DNA of 64,000 bases from Candidatus Levyibacteriota bacterium (GCA_050255815.1 JBLMVJ010000035.1:10727-74726), one strand, 5' to 3'; numbered from the stretch's first letter, positions 1 to 10,040 are shown. The notes: a model not told the origin generated them from the letters alone. A program made the numbers and translations.

Positions 1-27
1 TTACCTGAGGCATCTGATTCTGCCTTT

Positions 28-1041
28 TTGATCAAAAATAAAGGTACGGGACAAAATGTTACACAGATAGACACGCATGGAAATATTACTACTCAGGGCA
101 GCCTGCAGGCTGCTGCTGCAAGTTTTAGCGGCCAGCTTACTGCCGGAGACGCCAGCTTTAGCGGAACGTTGCGGGCATCATCTATCCTGGCTGATGATAT
201 AAACGGACTGGACCAGAAAGTGGCTACCGTTGCCGCAGACCTTATTGCCCGGGTAAAACCGGTTCAGAACATCCCCTCTTCTTCTTTTGGTGAGCCCCTT
301 GCTGATGTAAGCCTGCAGGCAAAGTTTGGGACATTTTCTGAAGGCCTGCTTTCCCTGGGGGCTTCTACCTTTGGCAATATTTCCGTTATGGATATGCTTT
401 CCATAGGATCCGGAAGCACATTCACGCTTTCCCAGGGCGCAATCAATACCTTGGGGACAGACTTGCAGATCCAGCCATTACGCCAAGCCGGAGTCAGCTT
501 TATGGCCGGTGCGGTCATCATAACACCTGATGGACAACTGCAGGTAAATGAGGACGCACTGTTTAACAAAAATCTGGCAGTCAAAGGAACGGTATATACT
601 AACTTGGTTTCTCCATTACCCAATTCTGATTTGTCCGTACAACTGGGTTCGGAGTCTACTTCTTCTGCCGGCTTTGCAGTCAGAGGGGCATCATCTTCTG
701 CAGTCCTCCGGGTGAATAACACCGGAGATGTGGTGGCATCCGGATCAGGTACGTTTGCAAAGATTAATATAAGTATGGTAGGACAGGCACTGGCTGCAAA
801 TGAAAATGAAGCGGTTGCCACCGGGTCTGCCGGAACAGCGGTGCTAAAAGCAAACAAAACCCAGCTCACTATTTTAAACCCTTTGATTACTGACCACTCC
901 CTGATTTATATAACCCCTGCCCAAAACACCTATAACCAGGTGCTGTTTTTAATGCGACAGGACCCTAAGAAATCATTTACGGTTGGGGTATCCCAACCCA
1001 TTTCCCAGGATATAGAGTTCAATTGGCTCATCGTGAACTAA
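28..1041 (+). CDS. Hypothetical secreted or surface repeat protein (Gly/Ser/Ala/Thr-rich, fibre-like)
   Basis: 337-aa ORF in the six-frame track. Low-complexity repeats such as ASFSGQLTAGDASFSGTLRAS. No catalytic motif recognised. It may continue upstream of the window edge. Confidence 0.55.
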   Translation: MIKNKGTGQNVTQIDTHGNITTQGSLQAAAASFSGQLTAGDASFSGTLRASSILADDINGLDQKVATVAADLIARVKPVQNIPSSSFGEPLADVSLQAKFGTFSEGLLSLGASTFGNISVMDMLSIGSGSTFTLSQGAINTLGTDLQIQPLRQAGVSFMAGAVIITPDGQLQVNEDALFNKNLAVKGTVYTNLVSPLPNSDLSVQLGSESTSSAGFAVRGASSSAVLRVNNTGDVVASGSGTFAKINISMVGQALAANENEAVATGSAGTAVLKANKTQLTILNPLITDHSLIYITPAQNTYNQVLFLMRQDPKKSFTVGVSQPISQDIEFNWLIVN

Positions 1042-1090
1042 CGAAGTTAGTGAACGAGAGCGAAGCGACCTTGTGAACTAACGAAGTTAG
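1033..1090 (+). repeat. Direct repeat GTGAACTAACGAAGTTAG x2 flanking GTGAACGAGAGCGAAGCGACC, overlapping the stop of the upstream CDS
   Basis: Read directly: 18-nt units at 1033-1050 and 1073-1090. The GTGAACGAG core also occurs in the 22.7-kb and 44.8-kb elements. Confidence 0.6.
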
Positions 1091-1234
1091 CAGAATTGTT
1101 CCAAAAAAGTGAAAAAAAGAAAAACATTTCTTATAAAAGAATAAAATAATTTGTTAGAAGAGGGATTAAAAAAAGAAATTATGAGGCTAAATTTGACCAA
1201 TTGTTAGAAAAAGCCACAATAGTAGTTTTTATCC

Positions 1235-3373
1235 TTGACATTATACTTTTACACTGATAAATTTAGACACATGGGAAATAATTCAACCATTATTCTTCTT
1301 AAGAAAATATCTGTTTGGGTACTTTCTTTTGTACTATTCTTCTTCCCTCTTCTCTTTTTAGTAAACGCAACTGATCCATTCCTTTTGCCAAAACAGGTAT
1401 TCCTGGTTATGGCATCTGTAGTCCTGCTGATCCTTTGGAGCGTTATCATGGTCTTTGAAAAAAAGATTATGATCCGGACCAGTCCGTTTAATCTTCCGGC
1501 AGGACTCTTTACTTTAGCAGTACTTATTTCAGCATTCCTCTCCCGGAATATGTATGATTCACTTGCTCTTGCTATTCCGGTGTTGGCTTCTTTCATACTG
1601 TATTTTGTGGCACAAAACACCATATCAAATAAAAAGGATTTACTGTTTGTCTTATCTGCTCTTCTTTTGGGAGGAGCCGTGTCTTCCCTTATCTCAGTTT
1701 TGTACTACCTGAAGATTTACTTCCTTCCTATTCCGGCAATCCAAAGCCAGTACTTCACTACCTTTGGTTCTCCTATCCAGCACATTATTTATATAGTACC
1801 GCTTTTGATTGTTGCCGCCTACTTCCTGTCTAAAGAAGTGAGAGGGAGAAAACCTGAAGCAAACTACAATACTATATTATTTGGCGGACTTACCGGCACC
1901 CTTCTCATCTCTGCCGTCCTCTTAATAGTACAGGTAGTAACTGCACCACAAAAACCACTCTTACTGCCATACACATTTGGCTTCCAGATTGCTACCGCAG
2001 CTATTTCCCAGGACACCACACGCTTCTTAATTAGCCTGCCGTTTGGGTCCGGATTTGGCACATTCTTATCAGACTTTACCAGGTTTAAACTTCCTGATAT
2101 CAATAATGGCCAGCTTTGGGCTGCATCCTTTAGCACTTCTTCTTCTTTTGTCCTGGAGCTTTTAACCACCGTAGGAGTAGTAGGACTTTTAACCTACTTA
2201 TTTATGATTGCCAAGGTATTAAAGAATAGGACAAAAGACACCACCCCATTATTCTTTGCACTGTTAGTAGTGTTCTTAGTCTCATTCTTCCTGCCGCTTT
2301 CTATCATCTCCCTTACCCTTATCTTTATTTTAATGGCGCTGTTTACCAGCACTTTATTCCTGGACCACAGCAAAAATGTATATGATATAAGCCTTTCTAT
2401 AGTAGCTCTAAAACATGGCCTATTCTCTATAGAGGAAACGTCAGGCGCACCTAAGAAAGCTTCAGAATCTTCAAAGGTGCTTCCGATTATTGTAGCGCTG
2501 GTTATCATTCTGGTTGGCGGGTATACCGGGTATCTCTCATTCAAACTCTTGTCTGCAGACATGAAGATGGCAGACTCTTTGTCACAAAGCAAGAGGAACA
2601 ACGGCCAGGCTATTTATGACCTCCAGAGACAGGCGCTCATAGACTTCCCGTACCGCTCTGATTATTACAGGATCTTCTCCCAGATTAACCTGGCTCTTGC
2701 TAACTCTATAGCCGGTGCTGTCCCACAGGGATCTACCCCTTCCACTACGGCACAGGCAACTATTACGCAATTGCTGCAGCAAAGTATTGCAAACGGCAGG
2801 ACTGCAGTAGCCCTGGCTCCTATGAGCTCAGTAAACTGGGAAAACCTTTCCCAAATCTATAGGAGCTTAATAGGGGTAGGACAAAATGCGGGAGAATTTT
2901 CAGTGGCAACCATGAACCAGGCTATCATTTTAGATCCTTCCAACCCACTCCTGAGGGTAGAATTAGGGGGTATCTACTACCAGCTGCAGCAGTATGACGC
3001 AGCCCAAAACCAATTCCAGATTGCAATTAACCTGAAGCCTGACTTTGCAAATGCATACTACAACCTGGGCCATGCTCTTGAAGCAAAAGGAGATCTGAGA
3101 GGTGCAATAACCGCATACCAGGCAGCACAAAGCCTTACCACCAATGATAATGATAAAAAGAGGTTGGATTCTGAAATGGAAGTTATCCTGAAAAAAATTG
3201 GGACAGAGGTAAAACCGGGCACTCAGCCATCAGCAGCTGCTCCATCTGCAGACCAACCACCACTTGGAATAAGTACACCTTCAGCACAACTGCCTAGCCA
3301 AAAAGACCAGGTAAAATTACCTTCACCACCAACTGAAACTCAACCAACAGCCACACCTAAAACTACGAAATAA
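1235..3373 (+). CDS. Polytopic membrane protein, O-antigen ligase/polymerase-like (Wzy_C-like), with C-terminal TPR repeats and a Pro/Thr-rich tail
   Basis: 712 aa with more than 10 predicted TM helices. TPR-like AYYNLGHALEAKGDLRGAITAYQ near the C-terminus. Tandem paralog of 3376..5523. The true start may be the internal Met (MGNNS). Confidence 0.6.
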   Translation: MTLYFYTDKFRHMGNNSTIILLKKISVWVLSFVLFFFPLLFLVNATDPFLLPKQVFLVMASVVLLILWSVIMVFEKKIMIRTSPFNLPAGLFTLAVLISAFLSRNMYDSLALAIPVLASFILYFVAQNTISNKKDLLFVLSALLLGGAVSSLISVLYYLKIYFLPIPAIQSQYFTTFGSPIQHIIYIVPLLIVAAYFLSKEVRGRKPEANYNTILFGGLTGTLLISAVLLIVQVVTAPQKPLLLPYTFGFQIATAAISQDTTRFLISLPFGSGFGTFLSDFTRFKLPDINNGQLWAASFSTSSSFVLELLTTVGVVGLLTYLFMIAKVLKNRTKDTTPLFFALLVVFLVSFFLPLSIISLTLIFILMALFTSTLFLDHSKNVYDISLSIVALKHGLFSIEETSGAPKKASESSKVLPIIVALVIILVGGYTGYLSFKLLSADMKMADSLSQSKRNNGQAIYDLQRQALIDFPYRSDYYRIFSQINLALANSIAGAVPQGSTPSTTAQATITQLLQQSIANGRTAVALAPMSSVNWENLSQIYRSLIGVGQNAGEFSVATMNQAIILDPSNPLLRVELGGIYYQLQQYDAAQNQFQIAINLKPDFANAYYNLGHALEAKGDLRGAITAYQAAQSLTTNDNDKKRLDSEMEVILKKIGTEVKPGTQPSAAAPSADQPPLGISTPSAQLPSQKDQVKLPSPPTETQPTATPKTTK

Positions 3374-3375
3374 GT

Positions 3376-5523
3376 ATGGAAAGTAAAGATGTGCCGTCAA
3401 TAGTATCAAAGCTGCAGATAGGCGTGTTGTGCACCATGCTGGTATTATTCCCCTTAGCATTTATTCCTAACTCCACTGACTCATTTACCATGGGTAAGAG
3501 CCTAATCCTCATACTGGGGACTTCCCTTCTTATCCTGTTGTGGGCAATTGCATCTATATATAAGAAAGGCTTTGTCTATAAATCCAGCCCATTTAACCTT
3601 CCGGTTGCCCTTTTTGGCGTAGTGGTACTTATTTCCTCCCTGCTCTCCCGCAATATGTATGATTCTCTTGTTGCAGCTGTTCCCGTAGTCTTCTCTTGCG
3701 TATTGTACTTTACCATTTCTTATATGATAAGCAGCAGAAAAACACTTATTTTAGCTATTACCAGCCTTATTGCCGGCGGCGCACTGACTGCCCTTTTAAG
3801 TACCGCTTACTATCTGAAACTTTATTTCCTGCCTATTCCGGGTATTAATAACCAGTACTTTTCCCCGTTTGGGTCAGGCGTACAGGAAGCAATTTACCTG
3901 ATTGCCCTTCTCATGTTCCCGCTTTTCTCCCTATTAAGACAAACAAAGACCAGAAAGCTTACGGTTACGCAGGATTTCCTCATTGAAGCAGGTTTGGGAG
4001 GCGCACTTTTGATAGGGGTAATCTTTATTACCCTTTCCATCATTACTTCCCCAACCAAACCTATTATATTGCCATACACATATGGCTTGCAGATTGCAGC
4101 CGCTACTATTAGCCAGGATATCTCGCGCCTCTTTATCTCATTCCCATTTGGATCCGGCTTTGGCACGTTCTTAAATGACTTTGCCCGCTTCAGACTGCAG
4201 GAGCTGAACGCAAACACTACGTTTGCTACCGCCTACCCATCCTATTCATCATCTTTTGCCCTGGAGCTGATGACTACCACCGGCATCTTAGGCATCCTTT
4301 CTTACCTCTTTATAGTGTTTAAGGCCTTAAAAACCCGCATGAAAGACAGCAATCCATCTTACTTTGGCCTGGTTATCTTATTTATTGTCTCATTCTTCTT
4401 ACCGTTTGGCCTTCCAACTATTGCACTGGTCTTTATTCTTTTGGGAGTCTATTCATCATCCTTATTCCTGGCAAATGACAGGCGGGTACATAATACCAGC
4501 CTCTCACTGGTTGCCTTTGACCAGGGAATTATTTCTACAGAGGATGTGTTGAGGAATGAGCGGGTTAAGTCTGAGAGTATTATCCTGCCGGTTCTTATCA
4601 CTATCTTAGTGGTACTAATAGGAGGATTTGCTTCATTTATGATGGTACGCCTGGTAGATGCAGACACCAAAATGGTTTCCTCTTTGGTTGTACCTGCCGG
4701 TAAGAAGCTCACCATCCAGCAGCAATATGACTTGCAAAGAAATGCGGTAAATGAATTCCCTTATAAATCAGACTACCAGAGGACATTCTCCCAGCTTAAT
4801 ATGAACCTGGCTAACTCTATTGCTGCCAGCCTGCCAAAAGGCGCTACCCCATCAGCAGTTGTACAGCAAAGCGTCAACCAGCTCTTACAGCAATCAGTAA
4901 ATTCAGCCAGAAGCGCTGCTGATATAGCACCGCTTACTTCAACCAACTGGTCCAATCTGGCACAAATTTACCGGAACCTGATAGGCGTGGGCCAGGGAGC
5001 TGACCAGTTTGCCATTGCAGCCATGAACCAGGCAACACTGTTAGACCCAACCAATCCATTCTTAAGGCTGGACTACGGTGGTATTTATTACCAGTTAAGC
5101 CAGCTGGATGCAGCCCAAAACCAATTCCAGATTGCCATTAACCTGAAGCCTGACTTTGCTAATGCCTATTACAATCTGGGCCATGTGATAGAGTCCAAAG
5201 GAGACCTTTCTACCGCACTTTCTCTCTACCAGACTACCCTTTCCCTGGCCGGAAACAATCCAACAGATAAAAAGAAACTCAGTGATGAAATAGAAGCATT
5301 GAAGAAAAAGATTAATGAAACAGCAGCTACTCAACAGCAGCAGACACCGGTAAACCTGCAGACCAGCGCAGGCCAGCAGCAACCTATTGGCATTAACGCT
5401 CCTTCAGCTCAATTTCCAGCACCTAGCAGGCCGGTAAAACTTCCTCCACCTCCTGGTGCCAGCGCTTCTCCGGAACCGTCTCCTTCGGCTGCTCCCAGGC
5501 CTACGGCCACCCCCACACAATAA
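3376..5523 (+). CDS. Paralogous O-antigen ligase-like polytopic membrane protein with C-terminal TPR repeats and a Pro/Ala/Ser-rich tail
   Basis: 715 aa. Aligns by eye with the upstream gene (SPFNLP..LISxxLSRNMYDSL, FQIAINLKPDFANAYYNLGH). It starts 2 nt after the upstream stop. Confidence 0.6.
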   Translation: MESKDVPSIVSKLQIGVLCTMLVLFPLAFIPNSTDSFTMGKSLILILGTSLLILLWAIASIYKKGFVYKSSPFNLPVALFGVVVLISSLLSRNMYDSLVAAVPVVFSCVLYFTISYMISSRKTLILAITSLIAGGALTALLSTAYYLKLYFLPIPGINNQYFSPFGSGVQEAIYLIALLMFPLFSLLRQTKTRKLTVTQDFLIEAGLGGALLIGVIFITLSIITSPTKPIILPYTYGLQIAAATISQDISRLFISFPFGSGFGTFLNDFARFRLQELNANTTFATAYPSYSSSFALELMTTTGILGILSYLFIVFKALKTRMKDSNPSYFGLVILFIVSFFLPFGLPTIALVFILLGVYSSSLFLANDRRVHNTSLSLVAFDQGIISTEDVLRNERVKSESIILPVLITILVVLIGGFASFMMVRLVDADTKMVSSLVVPAGKKLTIQQQYDLQRNAVNEFPYKSDYQRTFSQLNMNLANSIAASLPKGATPSAVVQQSVNQLLQQSVNSARSAADIAPLTSTNWSNLAQIYRNLIGVGQGADQFAIAAMNQATLLDPTNPFLRLDYGGIYYQLSQLDAAQNQFQIAINLKPDFANAYYNLGHVIESKGDLSTALSLYQTTLSLAGNNPTDKKKLSDEIEALKKKINETAATQQQQTPVNLQTSAGQQQPIGINAPSAQFPAPSRPVKLPPPPGASASPEPSPSAAPRPTATPTQ

Positions 5524-5577
5524 GGGTTTAGGGTTTAGTTCACACAAAGAATCGAGCAATCAAAATAAACTCCCACC

Positions 5578-5626
5578 TTAATTTCATCTCTTGAATATGA
5601 AACCATGGAGAAACGAATGAGTGAAC
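5578..5626 (+). repeat. Conserved intergenic element, copy A (TTAATTTCATCTCTTGAATATGAAACCATGGAGAAACGAATGAGTGAAC)
   Basis: Near-identical to 44780-44834 and related to 22700-22752. It lies just downstream of a plus-strand CDS stop. Confidence 0.6.
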
Positions 5627-5827
5627 CACAGGACCCCAAATCAGACAGCTTCAAGCTTTTAGATTCATCCCAAGGGTAATAATTTTTAACTATACCCTAT
5701 ACCCTAAACGCTATTTCTCGAGCTCCTTTGAAATAAAAATATCAATCAAGTCCTTGAGCGAGAAAAATACCGGGAGTCTTTGGCAAGCAAGCAGGTCTAC
5801 GAGTGCGCCAAGAGTTAACGGTACACC

Positions 5828-6952
5828 CTATTGGAGGAAGGACAGAGGATTCTGGTTGCCGGAGGCTGAACGTACTTCAAAGTGTAAATGCGGTCCCGTA
5901 GTCCTACCGGTCACCCCTACCCATCCTACCACCGTCTTTCCGGCGGTTACCCTATCCCCTGCAGAAACACCCAAACCACTCATATGGGCATATAGCGTAG
6001 AATACCCATTATCACCGTGAATCACCACGTGGGTTCCATAGCCGTAATTCCAACCGCTGGGGTACGCAGCAGACACTACGCCGTTCTGTGCGGCTATAAT
6101 AGGCGTCCCAATAGGCGCGCCTAAGTCAACTCCCGGGTGGTACCAGTAGAATCCCTGGTTCAGGGTTCCTCTGATAGGCCAGGTAAACCCGGCGTCTGTT
6201 ACGGTAACCGGACCGCTTGCTATATACGTCTGCCTCACATACTGCGGACTTACCTGCTCTTCAGGCTTCACCCCATCAGGAACTATAATAATCTGACCGG
6301 TAACCAGTGAGAATGTCTGGGGATTTGCAAAATCGTTAAACGGAAAATCTACTATAGCCTGCGCGTTTACATTGTATTTTTTAGCTATGGAATAAATAGT
6401 ATCACCCTCTGCAACTTTATGGGAAATTCCGGTGACCGGCAGGATCTTGAGGTTATCGCCTATAGAAATGTCATCCCCGGAGAGGTCATTTGCCCACTTG
6501 ATAGTGTCTGAAGAAATTCCAAATTTAGAAGCTATAGTAGAAATGGTATCTCCTTTCTGCACGGTGTAGGTAATAACTTTGTCACGGACTCCTACCGTAT
6601 TTTGGGTTTGGAAGACGTTATCCTGGGAAAGCGTGAGGGAATCAGCCTGGGGGGACTGGGCAAAGGAAAGCATGCTTTTCTGGGTAGGCAGCAGCTGGGA
6701 ATCAGTAATAAACGGGGAAATCATAACCCCTACCGTCAAAATAACCATAATGCTGACATGCAGGAACATACGGTTTCTCCTGCCGCGCCTTATTAAAACG
6801 CCCTTTACTATATTGTTTTTCTGTTTTTCAAACTCATTGGAGATAAAAATAAACTTGTCCTGTATGTAAATTTTGAAGAAGATGGAGAAAGCTTTTGCTT
6901 CAGAAAGGATAAAACCAATACTTTTTCTAACCGTTTTCAACGTATTTCTCAT
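5828..6952 (-). CDS. LysM-domain M23 family metallopeptidase (peptidoglycan endopeptidase)
   Basis: Two LysM motifs (VQKGDTISTIASKFGIS and VAEGDTIYSIAKKYNV). C-terminal M23 signature HPGVDLGAP...GYGTHVVIHGDNGYSTLYAHM...GPHLHFEV. Confidence 0.85.
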   Translation of the reverse strand: MRNTLKTVRKSIGFILSEAKAFSIFFKIYIQDKFIFISNEFEKQKNNIVKGVLIRRGRRNRMFLHVSIMVILTVGVMISPFITDSQLLPTQKSMLSFAQSPQADSLTLSQDNVFQTQNTVGVRDKVITYTVQKGDTISTIASKFGISSDTIKWANDLSGDDISIGDNLKILPVTGISHKVAEGDTIYSIAKKYNVNAQAIVDFPFNDFANPQTFSLVTGQIIIVPDGVKPEEQVSPQYVRQTYIASGPVTVTDAGFTWPIRGTLNQGFYWYHPGVDLGAPIGTPIIAAQNGVVSAAYPSGWNYGYGTHVVIHGDNGYSTLYAHMSGLGVSAGDRVTAGKTVVGWVGVTGRTTGPHLHFEVRSASGNQNPLSFLQ

Positions 6953-7008
6953 AAGGGGAATGAAAGATACTGTACCAAAAAAGGGTTAACAAAACAAGGG
7001 TGCGGAGG

Positions 7009-8271
7009 CTAGTCCTTGCCTAAATTCATTAAGAATTCGTCATTAGTGTCTGTTTTGGCAAGCTTTTCAAGCAAAACCTCTGCCCGCTCATCCGGATTCA
7101 GGATGTCAATCATGCGGCGCATCATAACTACTTTCCTATACTTATCTTCAGGCATCAGAAGCTCTTCCTGACGTGTACCTGATTTTTCTACGTTTATAGC
7201 CGGGAAGATCCTGCGTTCAGCCAGCCTGCGGTCCAAATGCAGCTCCATATTACCGGTTCCTTTAAACTCTTCAAAAACCAGGTCATCCAGCCTGGATCCG
7301 GTCTCTACTAATGCGGTACCTATAATAGTAAGCGATCCTCCATCTTCACAGTTACGTGCGGCCCCAAAGAAACGCTTGGTTGGGTATAAAGCTGCCGGAT
7401 CATATCCTCCGGAAAGGGTACGACCTGAAGGCTCTATAGACAAGTTATAGGCACGGGCCAGCCTGGTAATAGAATCCAGAAGAATTACTACGTGTTTGCC
7501 GTTTTCTACTAAGCGTTTTGCTCTATCTAGGGCTATCTCAGCCACCCTGGTCTGGATCTCAGGAGACTCATCAAAATTGGAAGCTACCACGTCACCCTTC
7601 ACGGAACGCGCTATATCCGTCACCTCTTCAGGACGTTCTCCTATAAGAACCGCCATAAGATGAACATCCGGGAAGTTAGTGGTAATACCGGTGGCAACAT
7701 CCTTCAGGATAGTGGTTTTACCTGCTTTTGGCGGGGAAACTATCATACCGCGCTGTCCAAAACCAATAGGCGCCACCAGGTCAACTACACGGGTAGAAAG
7801 CGGATGTTTTTTAGTAGCCAAAGTAATTTGTGTATTAGGATAGATAGGAGTTAAGTCATCAAAGTAAGGGCGCTTGGTGGACTTTTCAGCCTCAATCCCG
7901 TTTACCTTGCTTATTTTAAGTAAACCATAATAGCGCTCATTATCCTTTGGCGGACGTCCCAGCCCCTCCACCAGGTCTCCCGGACGCAGCCAGAAGCGTC
8001 TGATCTGGGAAGCTGAGATGTAGATATCACGGTCTGATGGCCTGAATTTTGGCCTCAGGAAACCATGGCCTTCATGCTGGATATCTAAAATGCCGGAAAC
8101 TACCTCTCCGGACTCTTCACGCTCATAATCTGAACTGCCGTAGCCGCGCCTATCCTCAATAACCGGTTCTTCCCGGGCTGATACAGGCTCCCCTACCGGC
8201 TCTGAAGCTACAGGCTCTGCCTGACCCTCTTCAACAGGCTCCTTAATAGTTGTTTTACGTGCGACTGGCAT
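7009..8271 (-). CDS. rho: Transcription termination factor Rho
   Basis: Rho RNA-binding region (GFLRP...). Walker A GMIVSPPKAGKTTIL. Conserved C-terminal RecA-like domain. Confidence 0.9.
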   Translation of the reverse strand: MPVARKTTIKEPVEEGQAEPVASEPVGEPVSAREEPVIEDRRGYGSSDYEREESGEVVSGILDIQHEGHGFLRPKFRPSDRDIYISASQIRRFWLRPGDLVEGLGRPPKDNERYYGLLKISKVNGIEAEKSTKRPYFDDLTPIYPNTQITLATKKHPLSTRVVDLVAPIGFGQRGMIVSPPKAGKTTILKDVATGITTNFPDVHLMAVLIGERPEEVTDIARSVKGDVVASNFDESPEIQTRVAEIALDRAKRLVENGKHVVILLDSITRLARAYNLSIEPSGRTLSGGYDPAALYPTKRFFGAARNCEDGGSLTIIGTALVETGSRLDDLVFEEFKGTGNMELHLDRRLAERRIFPAINVEKSGTRQEELLMPEDKYRKVVMMRRMIDILNPDERAEVLLEKLAKTDTNDEFLMNLGKD

Positions 8272-8698
8272 AGTTAAATTGAAAAGATAGAGATATAGCT
8301 GTTACCCAAGATTCCGGAATGAAATGAACTAAATTTGTGTCTGTGTCATCTTGGAAAAAGAATTACGCGGTAATTTCTGAAGCTATGGTTGTATTAAAAC
8401 ATGAGACCCGCCATCTTGTCAAGAGACAAGACTCAAGCTACAAGCTAATAATTATCCTCTTCTCTTACCCTTTTACTGCCCAGCTCTTACATTATTATGG
8501 GAAAGCCACTCCAAAATGATTTATAGCGTTCGAGAAAACGAAGTGACTCGAGTTAATGCTATGAACTATAGACCATTAACCATGAACGTATCCCACTTTT
8601 TTACGAAGGAAAAAAGCAAGACCGGAGTGCCAACGAGGATCTTTACTTTTCGAAAGAAGTGAGAAAAACAAGGTCTAAAGATTAGACCCTATAGTATC

Positions 8699-8727
8699 TT
8701 GACAAAGCTCAGCTATTATGATATACT
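8699..8727 (+). promoter_or_regulatory. Sigma70-like promoter candidate (TTGACA-17-TATACT) for the downstream surface protein gene
   Basis: TTGACA at 8699-8704, 17-nt spacer, TATACT at 8722-8727, about 50 nt upstream of the ATG at 8779. Confidence 0.4.
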
Positions 8728-8778
8728 CCCTGGCGAGCCTGATTTTACAGGCAAATTTACATTTTCCGAAGAAAAAAT

Positions 8779-9450
8779 ATGAACTTTACTAAACTTTCTA
8801 AAATCGCTCTTACCGCCTCAGCTATCCTCATGGGATCCGCAAACCTTGCCTTTGCAGCAGGGTCTACTAATTGTGAAATAGTATACGGTGGCGGACAAGT
8901 TTGTACTCCTCAGATTAAATTTACTATAGATAAAAAGATCCAGAAGCCTACAAAAGGTGGAGGGTTTGTAGACAACCTGGGGGCAAATGATGACAAATTT
9001 AATCCCGGCCAAGACGTAGTCTTTCAAATCACTGTTCAAAATACCGGAGACCAGGCAGTAACATTAAACGTTGTTGACGTGCTTCCTTCTTATATAACTT
9101 TTGTTTCAGGCGGAAACTTTGATTCAGGATCTAATAAGGTTACCAACCAGGTCTCACTCAACCCGAATGATTCAAAAACCTTTACTATTGCAACCAGGGT
9201 GGTAAATGCCGGAGGTCTTCCTGCAAACCAATCAGTTACGTGTGTTACTAACGTTGCAAACGCTATGACCACTGACAACAACAACAGCGCGCAGGATACC
9301 GCACAATTCTGTATCCAGAATAATGTAACCGTACAGCCTCAGATTCCATCAAAATCTATCCCAAATACCGGTCCTGAAGCTTTAGCCTTACTTATTCTCC
9401 CTCCAGTAGGCGCAGCAGGTTTTTACTTAAGACGTAAAGCTGTCCTCTAA
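8779..9450 (+). CDS. Secreted DUF11-like repeat-domain surface protein with a C-terminal sortase-type sorting signal (IPNTG, hydrophobic stretch, RRK)
   Basis: N-terminal signal peptide (MNFTKLSKIALTASAILMGSANLAFA). DUF11-like VVFQITVQNTGDQAVTLNVVDVLP. C-terminal IPNTGPEALALLILPPVGAAGFYLRRKAVL. Confidence 0.75.
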   Translation: MNFTKLSKIALTASAILMGSANLAFAAGSTNCEIVYGGGQVCTPQIKFTIDKKIQKPTKGGGFVDNLGANDDKFNPGQDVVFQITVQNTGDQAVTLNVVDVLPSYITFVSGGNFDSGSNKVTNQVSLNPNDSKTFTIATRVVNAGGLPANQSVTCVTNVANAMTTDNNNSAQDTAQFCIQNNVTVQPQIPSKSIPNTGPEALALLILPPVGAAGFYLRRKAVL

Positions 9451-9881
9451 TAAATCTAGAACCAAAAGGTCGGAGAGAGCGGTTTTGTCTCTTCAAACAA
9501 AGCTATCCACCACTCCCAAACTTTCTAGACAATCCCAACGACCAAAAAAATAGAACCTCTCTCCCCTACCTTTTAAGGCTTTGCCTTGCGAAAGGCATTT
9601 GCTTGCCTGAAAAAGACGGGGTTAGGGCGTGTATTTTTTACACTCCCGAATGTGCGTTTAGCTCAACTGATGTATTAGCTTATGTCAGAAAGGCAAAAAC
9701 GTGTTCTTTAACAAAAGGCATGTAGAAAAATGAAGTTTCCATTGCATCCACTTATGTGGATTTAATGGATGCTCCGATAATATCGGAGCAAGGTACTGTA
9801 AGTACCGGGTTTTGCGCGCTATGAGGAGAGACATGGCGCGCGACATCCGGTACTTACCGAGAAAAAACGGAGAAGCAGAAC

Positions 9882-10040
9882 ATGACACAGCCCTCTACAC
9901 CCGAGACCAACACCCTCGCCCATGCGCTTGCGCAAGCTTTGGCTAACCGCCAAGGTAAAAATCCACGCAAGCTGCGGACAGCAAAGGACTTTGAGTTTCT
10001 GGGCCGCGAGGTACTGAAGGTCATAGGACAACAGGCATAG
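9882..10040 (+). CDS. Small hypothetical protein (52 aa), first gene of the island operon
   Basis: Translated by hand: MTQPSTPETNTLAHALAQALANRQGKNPRKLRTAKDFEFLGREVLKVIGQQA. GGAG-containing RBS upstream. It is below the 60-aa track cutoff. Confidence 0.35.
   Translation: MTQPSTPETNTLAHALAQALANRQGKNPRKLRTAKDFEFLGREVLKVIGQQA

Noticed and set aside
264-869. Antisense ORFs in the six-frame track overlapping well-supported genes, for example 264..869-, 1249..1623-, 19521..20066+, 20050..20733+, 21620..22600+, 40411..41181+ and 49591..50406+
   Set aside because: Each lies entirely within a longer opposite-strand CDS with clear conserved motifs. They show low-complexity or biased composition and no RBS. 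They are typical shadow ORFs.
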